Shown one piece after another: positions 9,372-17,595 of a DNA stretch of 64,000 nucleotides. A program made the translations under genes and the position numbers. Each line of letters starts with the position of its first letter. Position 1 is the stretch's first letter. This DNA is from a virus. The notes under the pieces are model-generated. The model saw only the letters and a list, made by a program, of their open reading frames with translations, made no database searches and was not told where the DNA came from. The stretch covers positions 1 through 64,000 of the IMG/VR virus record IMGVR_UViG_3300046513_000221; one strand, written 5' to 3'.

Positions 9372-10168
9372 ACGAAGCGGATCCTTTTGATGGAGGTGTT
9401 TGTGATGAGCTGCTCGTGCATATCTTCAACCTTGCGATCAGGCATCACGACGCTGAGGGTAGAGGTAAGATCTTTGATAATGAAGCTACCATTGACGAGT
9501 ACGTGGTTCAGAATGTGGTACATGCGCTCACCGGGTTCATCAATGTTGGCGCATGTGATGCTCATCCAACTATCGACATCTGCTCGCATGGCAAGTGCGA
9601 AACGATCAGGGTAGTTGAACGCCAGTTCGGCGACTTTGATGCGGTACTCCATCTCCTCTCGGTGTTCATTCATCAGACGATGGACGAACATGCCGCCGTG
9701 GTTGTAGGAGAGGGCTTTGCCCAGAGTCTGCCAGCGGTTAGGGTGGAAGACGAGCAGACGCTTGTTGCCGGGGTTCCTCTCCCAACCGTCACATCCCGCC
9801 AGCCACTCGGCGTTGTCCACATCGTGCTTCGGGTCGTTTAGCTGCCCGATCAGCGCCTCGCTGAAACGGTAGATCGAGTGGAAGTCGCGTTCCCGGATGT
9901 GCTGACCCAGTGCTTCTTTGTAGGAGGAACGGATCAGCCCTGCCGGGATCTTACCGCGAATGATCTCCGCATCGGGATTATCGATGGTACTGGGGATGAC
10001 GCGGGTCACCTCCGGTGCGTCCAGTGCAGCCACGGGGTTGCCAGGAACCGCACTGGACGGCTTACCGAACCCGGTTGGCACGAAGCCGTGGTTGACACCG
10101 TCGATGGCGCTTACGGTCACGTTGTTGTAAGCTTGTGCTTCACCGGGAAGACTTACCTTTTGATTCAT
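9368..10168 (-). CDS. tandem paralogue family member 4 with about 100-aa N-terminal extension (266 aa)
   Basis: Motifs NRWQTLGKA, ELAFNYPDRF, MYHILNHVL; AAGGAAAAG RBS; ATGA overlap with the next gene. Confidence 0.65.
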   Translation of the reverse strand: MNQKVSLPGEAQAYNNVTVSAIDGVNHGFVPTGFGKPSSAVPGNPVAALDAPEVTRVIPSTIDNPDAEIIRGKIPAGLIRSSYKEALGQHIRERDFHSIYRFSEALIGQLNDPKHDVDNAEWLAGCDGWERNPGNKRLLVFHPNRWQTLGKALSYNHGGMFVHRLMNEHREEMEYRIKVAELAFNYPDRFALAMRADVDSWMSITCANIDEPGERMYHILNHVLVNGSFIIKDLTSTLSVVMPDRKVEDMHEQLITNTSIKRIRFV

Positions 10169-10243
10169 GTTGCTTTTCCTTTACCTTCGGTTTCTTTACG
10201 TTTCCCATCTGGCGGCAGTGATCGCACTTGTCAGAGCACTTCT

Positions 10244-10759
10244 TCATGCTTCGTCAGCACCTATGGATTTTGCGGTCGGGAACGGCCAGGCCGCGCACGA
10301 TGCGGCCTGAGCCTTGCGCTTCGCCACCTCGGAGACCTTGGTCATGTACAGCTTCACATCGCGGGAAGCCAAGAGCTTCAGCAAAATGAAGCAACACATG
10401 ACCTCAGTGTCCTCGATACCGTGAGGGATCACCATCGGCTTGGAGGTGTCCATATCCTCCAGATAGATGCCGTCGCCGAACTTGACGCCGGTGTGCATCT
10501 CGTTGCCAATCATGTAGACAACGTCGAAGCTCTTGGCAAAAACGCGATCGGACGCGGATCGCGCCATGTTGATCATCGCTTTCAGCCTATCGGTATCGTT
10601 CGATGCATCGAACCACGGAGTCAGCTTATCGCGGATGTCTTGCATGATATTTTCGCGACCATAGTGCAGCGTACCTGCCACCATTGTGGCGTTACCGGTC
10701 TTCCACTTGTAGGGAATGACTTCGCTGTCGGGCTTTTGATCGATTTCGGTAGTTTGCAT
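10244..10759 (-). CDS. hypothetical protein (171 aa)
   Basis: Real start is MQTTEID at 10757-10759 with AAGGAAGTACC RBS; the listed 230-aa version has a spurious N-terminus. Confidence 0.55.
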   Translation of the reverse strand: MQTTEIDQKPDSEVIPYKWKTGNATMVAGTLHYGRENIMQDIRDKLTPWFDASNDTDRLKAMINMARSASDRVFAKSFDVVYMIGNEMHTGVKFGDGIYLEDMDTSKPMVIPHGIEDTEVMCCFILLKLLASRDVKLYMTKVSEVAKRKAQAASCAAWPFPTAKSIGADEA

Positions 10760-10787
10760 GGTACTTCCTTTCAATTCTGATTGGACT

Positions 10788-10994
10788 TCATTTCTTTTTC
10801 TTTTCCCACAGACCCGTCTGCTCGTTCTTCTCGTAGCCAGACTTAACGGCGGTCCATGCCGTCTTGAAGCAGACGCTCTCATCGAGTTTCCGATCGTGAG
10901 CGGCGTTGAAAGCATGCATGAAGATCTCTTGAGCATGCTCCGGCAGAACGTGCTGGACGTTCGCCGGTAGGTCGTCGATACTATTGTAGGGCAT
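10788..10994 (-). CDS. ChaB-like protein (68 aa)
   Basis: MPYNSIDDLPANVQHVLPEHAQEIFMHAFNAAHD ... KTAWTAVKSGYEK matches the ChaB family signature; AAGGAGAG RBS. The listed ORF begins 20 codons upstream. Confidence 0.6.
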   Translation of the reverse strand: MPYNSIDDLPANVQHVLPEHAQEIFMHAFNAAHDRKLDESVCFKTAWTAVKSGYEKNEQTGLWEKKKK

Positions 10995-11007
10995 GATACT
11001 CTCCTTG

Positions 11008-11862
11008 TTATGGAGTGAAATCAAAGACCTTCGAAGCACAGTAGCGCAGTTCACGCACGAAGGCCGCTTCTGCCGCCGTTCTCACGGACGGTGATTCCAG
11101 GCGCAACTGATTGCAGATACGGGCCGTCTGCCGGAGACGTCCGTAGGCCCAGCGACTCACCACCGCCACCGAGTCGTAGTGGCCCTTCAAGGCACGGATG
11201 CAGTTCTTCCGTACGGCGTCATCCAAGGTAGGACTCTGACGATGGACGGAGTTGAGGTACTTCACCATGAACTGCTGGAGCTGTACCTCGTTCAAGCTGC
11301 TCTGCTCCGGAGTGGCCTGAATGATGATCGACTGCGCCAGAGCGGAGCCGAAGTCAACGTCCAGATCGTCGGGATGACTGATGTATGTGTCACCGCCGTC
11401 CTTGGCGAACAGCACCGCGTAGAAGATGTCCGGCAGGTCATCTTCCTTGGCGATCGGGAATGGAATAACCTTGACGGCCATGCTACGCAGGTGGTCGTTG
11501 AAGGTCTGGATGCCGGTGTAGACCTCCCGGTCGTTCTCGTCCATCCCGCGCATCATGTCAGCGAACTTGCTGATGAACTCCCGACGATACGCCGGAATGA
11601 TGGCGATCGAGGAGAAGCTGAAACCGCAGTCCTCGCGGATGAAGCTCACCAGATCTTCGAAGCTCGAACCCATCTCAGGGTTGGAGCTGTTGAAAGCCAG
11701 CACATCGCAGGACATCGCGAACGCCAGCAGCTGGTTGTATTGGATGATCTCCTGATCCGGAGTCGCCAGCACGAACGGATACGACGACGGCTGCACCCCC
11801 GGATGGAAGATGAAGCTCTCGCCGAAGGGTACCATGTAGTACTCTTGGTCTTTGTCAGACAT
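11008..11862 (-). CDS. hypothetical protein (284 aa)
   Basis: Real start MSDKDQEYY at 11860-11862 with AGGAAAG RBS; the listed upstream extension is A/S/T-rich junk. Confidence 0.55.
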   Translation of the reverse strand: MSDKDQEYYMVPFGESFIFHPGVQPSSYPFVLATPDQEIIQYNQLLAFAMSCDVLAFNSSNPEMGSSFEDLVSFIREDCGFSFSSIAIIPAYRREFISKFADMMRGMDENDREVYTGIQTFNDHLRSMAVKVIPFPIAKEDDLPDIFYAVLFAKDGGDTYISHPDDLDVDFGSALAQSIIIQATPEQSSLNEVQLQQFMVKYLNSVHRQSPTLDDAVRKNCIRALKGHYDSVAVVSRWAYGRLRQTARICNQLRLESPSVRTAAEAAFVRELRYCASKVFDFTP

Positions 11863-12196
11863 GATTTTCTTTCCTGATTGGAGAATGCTTACGCGGAGGC
11901 ATCCAGATGCCCTTGCGGAGAGGACGGTCCTTGTAGCAGTAAATGCGCTTCTCCGTGCGGAAGAAGACGAGGATGCCGCCATCGAACGCATTGTACTTGA
12001 CGTAGCGAGCGCGCTTGCGCGGGTTGTCGCCGCTGTCACCGGCTGGGCCGATACTGCCGACGCCGGGAATGTCGTTGAGACGAGCAATTTCCTTCATGGA
12101 TAGACCGAACTGGCGCATGATGCAACGACCACCGATGAAGCCCTTGCGCTTGCTCTTGAACTTCAGGTAGTTATAGATGCGACGGTTAGCTGACAT
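11855..12196 (-). CDS. small basic protein (113 aa)
   Basis: ATG verified; K/R-rich; overlaps downstream start by 8 nt. Confidence 0.4.
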   Translation of the reverse strand: MSANRRIYNYLKFKSKRKGFIGGRCIMRQFGLSMKEIARLNDIPGVGSIGPAGDSGDNPRKRARYVKYNAFDGGILVFFRTEKRIYCYKDRPLRKGIWMPPRKHSPIRKENHV

Positions 12197-12518
12197 GCTT
12201 GCGGTCTCCCAGCTGTTGGATCATACAACCAAGTCGTCCGAGATCGCACAGGCGACGGTAGACGTACTCCTTGAAGGCAGTGATGCCGAGGTCGGTGATG
12301 CGCCAGTGAGGGATCACCATGCCACTGAACTCTGCATGGTCGAACTCGCCTTCCACGATGAACTTGTTGTCGATCAGACGATAGATCTCGATCGGCGTAC
12401 CGCTCACATCCCGCGTCGGGTTATGAGTCTGGTGCGTGGAGCCAATGTCGCTGACGATCTGCTCCATCACCACGAAATCGGCATCGGTCAGCTTGACGCT
12501 GCGGTCGGTGTTAGCCAT
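12186..12518 (-). CDS. hypothetical protein (110 aa)
   Basis: ATG verified. Confidence 0.55.
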   Translation of the reverse strand: MANTDRSVKLTDADFVVMEQIVSDIGSTHQTHNPTRDVSGTPIEIYRLIDNKFIVEGEFDHAEFSGMVIPHWRITDLGITAFKEYVYRRLCDLGRLGCMIQQLGDRKHVS

Positions 12519-12531
12519 GATACTCTTTCTT

Positions 12532-13389
12532 TTAATCGTTCGAAGTTTCCTTACCGATTTCGCTGTCTTTACCCTGACGGAGCGAAGCCTCGGCGATCAC
12601 CAGCACGGCCTTCAGCTCATCCAGCGTATACTCGCCGTCGAGCCATACGCGACCGCCCTTGCCGGGGCTGACGTACGGCAGACCGGACTTGCAGATGGAG
12701 CCACCGCCGTTGGAGCGCTCGCGGAACTCCTCCTTGGCCTGAGACAGCGACATCGACTTGCCGAGGCAGAAGGTGTGCTCGGTGTCCATGTTGAAGCCCG
12801 GTTGACCGATGCCGGTCAGCATTGGGATGCCCACGAAGTCGCCCGGCTGAGGGATGTTCATGTCCTTGAACACATCATCCCACGTACCGCCCTGAAATTT
12901 GAGAGGCGGATGCTTGTAGGCTTGACCGGGATCGGTTGCCAGTTTGTCAACGATGGGAGTACCGGCGAAGTCTGCCGGGTCGAAGTCCAGCAGCTTGATC
13001 TTGTGAGGGTACATGAAGTTGATGCTCAGGTCGCCGACCGGCGAAGCCTGACTGTCCGGCACGATCTCGAAGCCGTTCTCGCGCTCCATGCGATCGAAGA
13101 TGTGGCGTGCATCCGGTTCATTCTCCGCGTGGCAGAAGAGATCGGTGTACTGACTACGGGTCACCTTGTGCGGACGGCGCTCGATCTGCTCGGTGGAGAT
13201 GACCACTTCGAGATCCTTGTTAACGCGGCTTTCGCTGATGCTCTTCTGGAGAGCACCTTGGATGTCCTGCGGACGGATGTGGGTGGTGTAACCCTTACCT
13301 TTGAGAAGGATGTCGATGACGTGCGCTACTTGCTGACGATTCGAACCTTCGCCGGAGGTCACATGGACGTGTACTTTTTCTTTTTGCAT
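12532..13389 (-). CDS. hypothetical protein (285 aa)
   Basis: Start MQKEKVHVHV at 13387-13389 with AAGGGGA RBS, directly downstream of a terminator. Confidence 0.55.
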   Translation of the reverse strand: MQKEKVHVHVTSGEGSNRQQVAHVIDILLKGKGYTTHIRPQDIQGALQKSISESRVNKDLEVVISTEQIERRPHKVTRSQYTDLFCHAENEPDARHIFDRMERENGFEIVPDSQASPVGDLSINFMYPHKIKLLDFDPADFAGTPIVDKLATDPGQAYKHPPLKFQGGTWDDVFKDMNIPQPGDFVGIPMLTGIGQPGFNMDTEHTFCLGKSMSLSQAKEEFRERSNGGGSICKSGLPYVSPGKGGRVWLDGEYTLDELKAVLVIAEASLRQGKDSEIGKETSND

Positions 13390-13401
13390 TTCGATCCCCT
13401 T

Positions 13402-13432
13402 AAAAAAAGTTGGACGGGCGAACCCGCCCAAC
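13402..13432 (-). terminator. rho-independent terminator (GTTGGGCGGG-UUCG-CCCGTCCAAC followed by a T7 run on the minus strand)
   Basis: 9-bp stem with one mismatch, UUCG tetraloop and A7 on the plus strand, 6 nt after the stop of the pilin-like micro-gene. Confidence 0.65.
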
Positions 13433-13437
13433 TGGTA

Positions 13438-13575
13438 TTACATGAAGCTGGTGATCAGGTTCTTGATCATCGGCCAGAATTTTTCAACCGCGATGGTGCC
13501 GACGATGCCAATGATGGCGAGGACGACGAGCAGTTCGATCAGCGTGAAGCCGTCGTTATTAGGACGCTGCAGCAT
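13438..13575 (-). CDS. type IV prepilin-like micro-protein (45 aa)
   Basis: Not in the ORF track (<60 aa). Minus strand encodes MLQRPNNDG|FTLIELLVVLAIIGIVGTIAVEKFWPMIKNLITSFM. Perfect AAGGAGG RBS 6 nt before the ATG. Has the class III signal peptide: short basic leader, G-1, F+1, E+5, hydrophobic alpha-1 helix. Confidence 0.5.
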   Translation of the reverse strand: MLQRPNNDGFTLIELLVVLAIIGIVGTIAVEKFWPMIKNLITSFM

Positions 13576-14083
13576 CGGAAGCCTCCTTCTTGTTGCTCTC
13601 GACGATCACGGTGGTGATGTTGTAGCCGAAAGCAGCCAGTGGTTGCAGGAACAGACGGAAGCCAGCCTCGTTGCGCTGAGGATTATCGTCCAGGAACTCG
13701 ACTTCAATCGATTCCAGACCGAGCGCGGCAACCAGCTTGTCGGTTTCAGCCTTCAGACCGAAAATGGAAATCCATGCCTTGAAGGAGTCGATTCCGGTCG
13801 AGTGCTGACCGATCTCTTCCATGCTTCCCGGACGGGTGGTTTGCTCGTTGTGCAGGATGTCGCCGATCGCCTTAATCGCATCGGTGACATCCTTGGAGAT
13901 TTCCTTCTCCGATACCACGCCGGACGTGACCAGCTTGTGGATACCGTACCACAGCATCGAGGTCAGGTACGAGTGTACCTTGTACACGGAGTCCGAGACC
14001 GGTACCTCGCGGTCGAAGATGGAAGTCAGAGCGAAATGCTCCGGGGTGCCCAGACGGATCTGGAGCTTTTGAATCAGAGTCAT
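13559..14083 (-). CDS. hypothetical protein (174 aa)
   Basis: ATG verified at 14081-14083. Confidence 0.55.
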   Translation of the reverse strand: MTLIQKLQIRLGTPEHFALTSIFDREVPVSDSVYKVHSYLTSMLWYGIHKLVTSGVVSEKEISKDVTDAIKAIGDILHNEQTTRPGSMEEIGQHSTGIDSFKAWISIFGLKAETDKLVAALGLESIEVEFLDDNPQRNEAGFRLFLQPLAAFGYNITTVIVESNKKEASDAAAS

Positions 14084-14100
14084 GCGTGTTTCCTTGGCGA

Positions 14101-14134
14101 ATTGATAATACCCTAGACCTGCAAAGGTCTAGGG
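14101..14134 (-). terminator. terminator hairpin CCCTAGACC-N6-GGTCTAGGG
   Basis: Perfect 9-bp inverted repeat 10 nt after the stop of 14145..15557; A/T-rich flank. Confidence 0.5.
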
Positions 14135-14144
14135 CGATTTACTT

Positions 14145-15557
14145 TTAGGCAGCTGCCTTGTCGGTGTTGCCACCGATGCGGGACATGACGTTGTCCAGCA
14201 GAGCCTTGCCTTCGGTGGTGCCGCCCAGAGCGGTGACCATGCTGCCGATGGCGCTACCGCCCTTACCGGAGAACATGTCCATCAGGTTGTTGACACCGCC
14301 CTTGATGTCGCCGCCGTTCGCCACGACGGTCATCTTGGCATGGCCCATTGCAGCAGCCATTGCGATGCCAACTTCCTTGTTTGCCGCGACCTGCTCGATG
14401 CTGATCAGGTAGGTCTGGTAGCCCTCGTCGGAGCCGATCTTCTCGGCCAGCGCGATCTGCGCTTCGACAGGAGCCATCAGCGACGCTTTCTGAGCAGCCG
14501 CTTCGGCGGTACCCTTGGCAGTGATACCTTCAGCGTTCTTCAGTGTTGCCTGCAGTTCACCGTCGGCGCGCAGGGTGGCGGCTTCTTTCTCAGCCGTCGC
14601 ATTGGTAACGCGAACCGACTTCTCGGCTTCGGCGTTCACGGTGGCGACTTCCTTGTTTTGAGCTGCCACGATCACTGCGGTCGCCTTGTTGATCTCGGCC
14701 TTCTTGACGGCGTTGACCGACTCGACGGCCATGTTGGCTTCGGCGGTGTTCTTGGCTTCAGCTGCGATACGCTGTTCGGCTTTTTGCTGCTCGATACCGA
14801 TGTCCTGCTGGGTGGTAGCGGAGCGCATACCGACCTCGCGATCCATGTCCTGCTTCGACAGGGCGATGGCGCGGGACTTCTCGATCTCAGCGGTCTCAGC
14901 GGTCTGCTGATTGGCGGCGATGGCTACGCGGGACTCGCGGTCGATGCGCGACTGTTCCTTGCGCATGATGTTGGCGATCACGTTCGAGCCGGGAGCATCG
15001 CGCAGATCCATGAACTCGATGGTCTTCACGGTGGTTACGCCCCACTCCTTCAGCTGCGCCAGTACCTCTTCGGTGAACTGCGAACCCAGCGACGAACGGG
15101 CTTCCATGATCTCTTCCAGAGTGTTGGTCGCCAGAATGCGACGAACAGCACCTTGGATGATCTGCTTCAGTTGGCTGCGCAAATCTTCAACGGAGGTCAC
15201 GCGCTGCGCAGCCAAGTTCGACTGATCGATACGGAAGAAAGCCGCGACGTCAACAACGAACGGCAGACGAGCGGAGTCGTACGCCTCGTAGTCTTTCAGA
15301 TCGATGGTGAAGTTCGATTCCGGCAGCTTGATCACGGTCAGGCCGACGACAGGGATCCAGCTCGGCCACGCGTAGTAGACGTTACCGGAGTCCTTGCTGT
15401 TGCGACCGTACGAGGTCGCGCCCAACTTGTTCTGGACAATGTGGACCATGTTGGTCGGTACGACGACGCGCAGGTTCAGCGCCCACTTGACGGTGAACAG
15501 CGCGATGATTGCCAGAATGATGACTGCGACCAAAATTACGATACCCAGAATTTCCAT
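14145..15557 (-). CDS. SPFH/band-7 (flotillin-like) membrane protein (470 aa)
   Basis: N-terminal TM helix; SPFH-like core (FTIDLKDYEAYDSARLPFVVDVAAFFRIDQ...); long Ala/Glu/Lys-rich coiled-coil; Gly-rich C-terminus. Architecture of flotillin/YqiK. Confidence 0.65.
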   Translation of the reverse strand: MEILGIVILVAVIILAIIALFTVKWALNLRVVVPTNMVHIVQNKLGATSYGRNSKDSGNVYYAWPSWIPVVGLTVIKLPESNFTIDLKDYEAYDSARLPFVVDVAAFFRIDQSNLAAQRVTSVEDLRSQLKQIIQGAVRRILATNTLEEIMEARSSLGSQFTEEVLAQLKEWGVTTVKTIEFMDLRDAPGSNVIANIMRKEQSRIDRESRVAIAANQQTAETAEIEKSRAIALSKQDMDREVGMRSATTQQDIGIEQQKAEQRIAAEAKNTAEANMAVESVNAVKKAEINKATAVIVAAQNKEVATVNAEAEKSVRVTNATAEKEAATLRADGELQATLKNAEGITAKGTAEAAAQKASLMAPVEAQIALAEKIGSDEGYQTYLISIEQVAANKEVGIAMAAAMGHAKMTVVANGGDIKGGVNNLMDMFSGKGGSAIGSMVTALGGTTEGKALLDNVMSRIGGNTDKAAA

Positions 15558-15685
15558 TTTGTTTCTTTCTACTTTTGTCCTTGATTTATGGGATATTCGA
15601 AGGGAAGCCCGTCAGGGTTGTTTCCACTCCGATGACCTGCCCTGCAGGTCTACACCGCCCTCTGTGGAGCGGACCATGTTCTGTC

Positions 15686-16012
15686 TTACATCGACTTCAG
15701 AATCTGCAAGGACATCGCCTGTGGATTCTTCTTCGTCATGATCTCGATCGCCGTCTTCTTGACGCCGATCCATGCCGTCGCGGACAGCATGCTTGGGTAA
15801 TCCGCCAGCTTGCTCGCCCAGCGCAGTCCGGTACCCTCGGTACGGGCCTTGGCCTCGACGATGATCTCGTCGATTTCATTGGGGAAGATTGCGCAGTTGT
15901 ACAGGCGCACGCGCATGTTGGACTCCACGGTCTCCGGAGCCTTGAGGTCCGGCAGTTGGATGCCCGGATCTGCGGTCAGGTCGGCGTTACTCTTCGGGTA
16001 CTGCAGTGCCAT
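15686..16012 (-). CDS. hypothetical protein (108 aa)
   Basis: ATG verified. Confidence 0.5.
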   Translation of the reverse strand: MALQYPKSNADLTADPGIQLPDLKAPETVESNMRVRLYNCAIFPNEIDEIIVEAKARTEGTGLRWASKLADYPSMLSATAWIGVKKTAIEIMTKKNPQAMSLQILKSM

Positions 16013-16296
16013 TACGGGATTTCCTTCGCCATCAGTTGTTGCTTGATAATTCCGCTCATATCTTCTTGCAGAATGCCGTCGAGCTTGTAGTTGGCATTCT
16101 CCGGAGTGGACTTCGAGAGGCGGCGATAAGTGTCCATCATGTCATTCCCCAACTTCAGCACCTCGTCGCTAGGCATCTCGATCGGGATCGGCTGCGGCAT
16201 GTTGAGCTTGCCGGAGACGGTCGATGAAGGTACATCGCGAGGATTGACTCGTACAGTACGGGTGTTGATCCAAACGGTTTTTTCTTGATTACTCAT
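16012..16296 (-). CDS. hypothetical protein (94 aa)
   Basis: AAGGAAG RBS + ATG. Confidence 0.5.
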   Translation of the reverse strand: MSNQEKTVWINTRTVRVNPRDVPSSTVSGKLNMPQPIPIEMPSDEVLKLGNDMMDTYRRLSKSTPENANYKLDGILQEDMSGIIKQQLMAKEIP

Positions 16297-16388
16297 CTTA
16301 CTTCCTTACTCGTTGTGAAAAGCACGGGCGCTAACCCGCTCCCAGCCCAACTCCGCTGGCCTAAGTCTTTGACTCTCAGCCTCGTTTT

Positions 16389-16398
16389 AATTATATAT
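16389..16398 (-). promoter_or_regulatory. AT-rich promoter-like motif (ATATATAATT on minus strand)
   Basis: One copy of a recurring intergenic motif; 93 nt upstream of the 16012..16296 start. Confidence 0.3.
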
Positions 16399-16422
16399 GA
16401 CACAACGCTCAGAAGATTCCGT

Positions 16423-16887
16423 TCAGTGGAATCTCGTGTAGGGCGTCCTTACGTGCTCCGACAGGAAGTACGGCTTATGGGTCAGCTGACCGATAAGGCA
16501 ATTCTCCATGATCTTGTAGGGACGAACGTTCGGGTCGTACATGAAGACGTTGTTCATCTTCGAGTCGATCCGACCGTCGTTCTTCATCAGGAAGAAGCGT
16601 CCGGGATTGTTGACCAGCTGCTCGATGTTCGTCATGAGACCCTTGATGTAGGGCTCACCGATCTTCTTGACGAACATCTCCGGCTTGGGTAGCGCACGCG
16701 GCCCCGGATAGGTCGAGTACGCCAGCATCCGGGTCAGCTCCGTCAGGATATCATCCTTGAACTTGAATGCACCGCTCAAGATCTTCTCCTTTATGGCGGG
16801 GTGGAACGATAGAACGGTACGCAGAAGGTCGCATCGCGACTGTTGGCACCACGACTCATGATCTTGGCTTCCTTCTCGGACATCCAA
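16423..16887 (-). CDS. hypothetical protein (start uncertain)
   Basis: The listed start overlaps the preceding gene by about 97 nt in another frame. The internal ATG at about 16728 is an alternative start. Confidence 0.4.
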   Translation of the reverse strand: MDVREGSQDHESWCQQSRCDLLRTVLSFHPAIKEKILSGAFKFKDDILTELTRMLAYSTYPGPRALPKPEMFVKKIGEPYIKGLMTNIEQLVNNPGRFFLMKNDGRIDSKMNNVFMYDPNVRPYKIMENCLIGQLTHKPYFLSEHVRTPYTRFH

Positions 16888-17540
16888 ACATCCGGCTCAC
16901 GTCCGGCACCTTCCTTATACCACAGTGCCAGCCAGAAGTTACCTTCCGGCGTCTTGGTCACGGCGAAACCGGCGATAGGGACGTCGTCCTCATCGAAGAT
17001 CATCGAGTAGTTGATCGTCGCACTGGCACCGGTAGGATCGGCGGTCAGGACGCTGGTCCATTCCGTCTCGAAGAGTAGAAGGAAGTCCTCGCCGTGGCGT
17101 ACGGCCACCTTCTCCTCGTCGCTGTTGTACTTGTAGAGGACTGACTTGTTCGCCATCGCCCACGTTTCCTTGCCAACGGTGTTCTCAACCGTGTTCTTGC
17201 GATCGGCGTACTTGGGATCTTTCATCATCGCGCCGAGCCAAGCCTGAAGGTTCTCTTCGGTCGCACGCTCACCCTCGTGGTGATCGATGATGTAGTTGGG
17301 CAGATCCTCCCACGCGGCACCGCCGAAGCTGCGCAGGACGCTCTCGGCACGTTGAGCGCGACGCGCCCACTTGTGACGATTCTCCACCAAGCAGGGGATG
17401 CACTCCTTCATCACGCCGACCATCAGCATGGATTCCGGCTTACCGGCGTCGGGGTGAGGGTTGTCGGACATCAGATATCCGCACTTAGGGCAGTGGCCCG
17501 GTTCGACGAATACGCCATTCTCTTTATTTACAGCCTGCAT
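16791..17540 (-). CDS. zinc-ribbon protein (about 249 aa)
   Basis: HCPKCGY ... CIPC four-Cys motif; real start MQAVNKENG with TTTGGGAGCAACC RBS. Confidence 0.55.
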   Translation of the reverse strand: MQAVNKENGVFVEPGHCPKCGYLMSDNPHPDAGKPESMLMVGVMKECIPCLVENRHKWARRAQRAESVLRSFGGAAWEDLPNYIIDHHEGERATEENLQAWLGAMMKDPKYADRKNTVENTVGKETWAMANKSVLYKYNSDEEKVAVRHGEDFLLLFETEWTSVLTADPTGASATINYSMIFDEDDVPIAGFAVTKTPEGNFWLALWYKEGAGREPDVWMSEKEAKIMSRGANSRDATFCVPFYRSTPP

Positions 17541-17560
17541 GGTTGCTCCCAAAGTTGAAA

Positions 17561-17582
17561 AGACCCTAGCCGGAGCTAGGGT
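17561..17582 (-). terminator. terminator hairpin GACCCTAGC-CGGA-GCTAGGGTC + TTTT
   Basis: Perfect 9-bp stem after the stop of 17596..19767, followed by TTTT on the minus strand. Confidence 0.55.
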
Positions 17583-17595
17583 CGATTGGTGTTAC

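Noticed and set aside
10760-10936. N-terminal extension of ORF 10244..10936
   Set aside because: No RBS at the listed start. A strong AAGGAAGTACC RBS precedes the internal MQTTEID start.
11863-12087. N-terminal extension of ORF 11008..12087
   Set aside because: A/S/T-rich low-complexity run overlapping the upstream gene. RBS and ATG at 11860-11862.
14340-15584. 414-aa plus-strand ORF
   Set aside because: Antisense to the SPFH/flotillin gene; low-complexity G/L/D/R composition.
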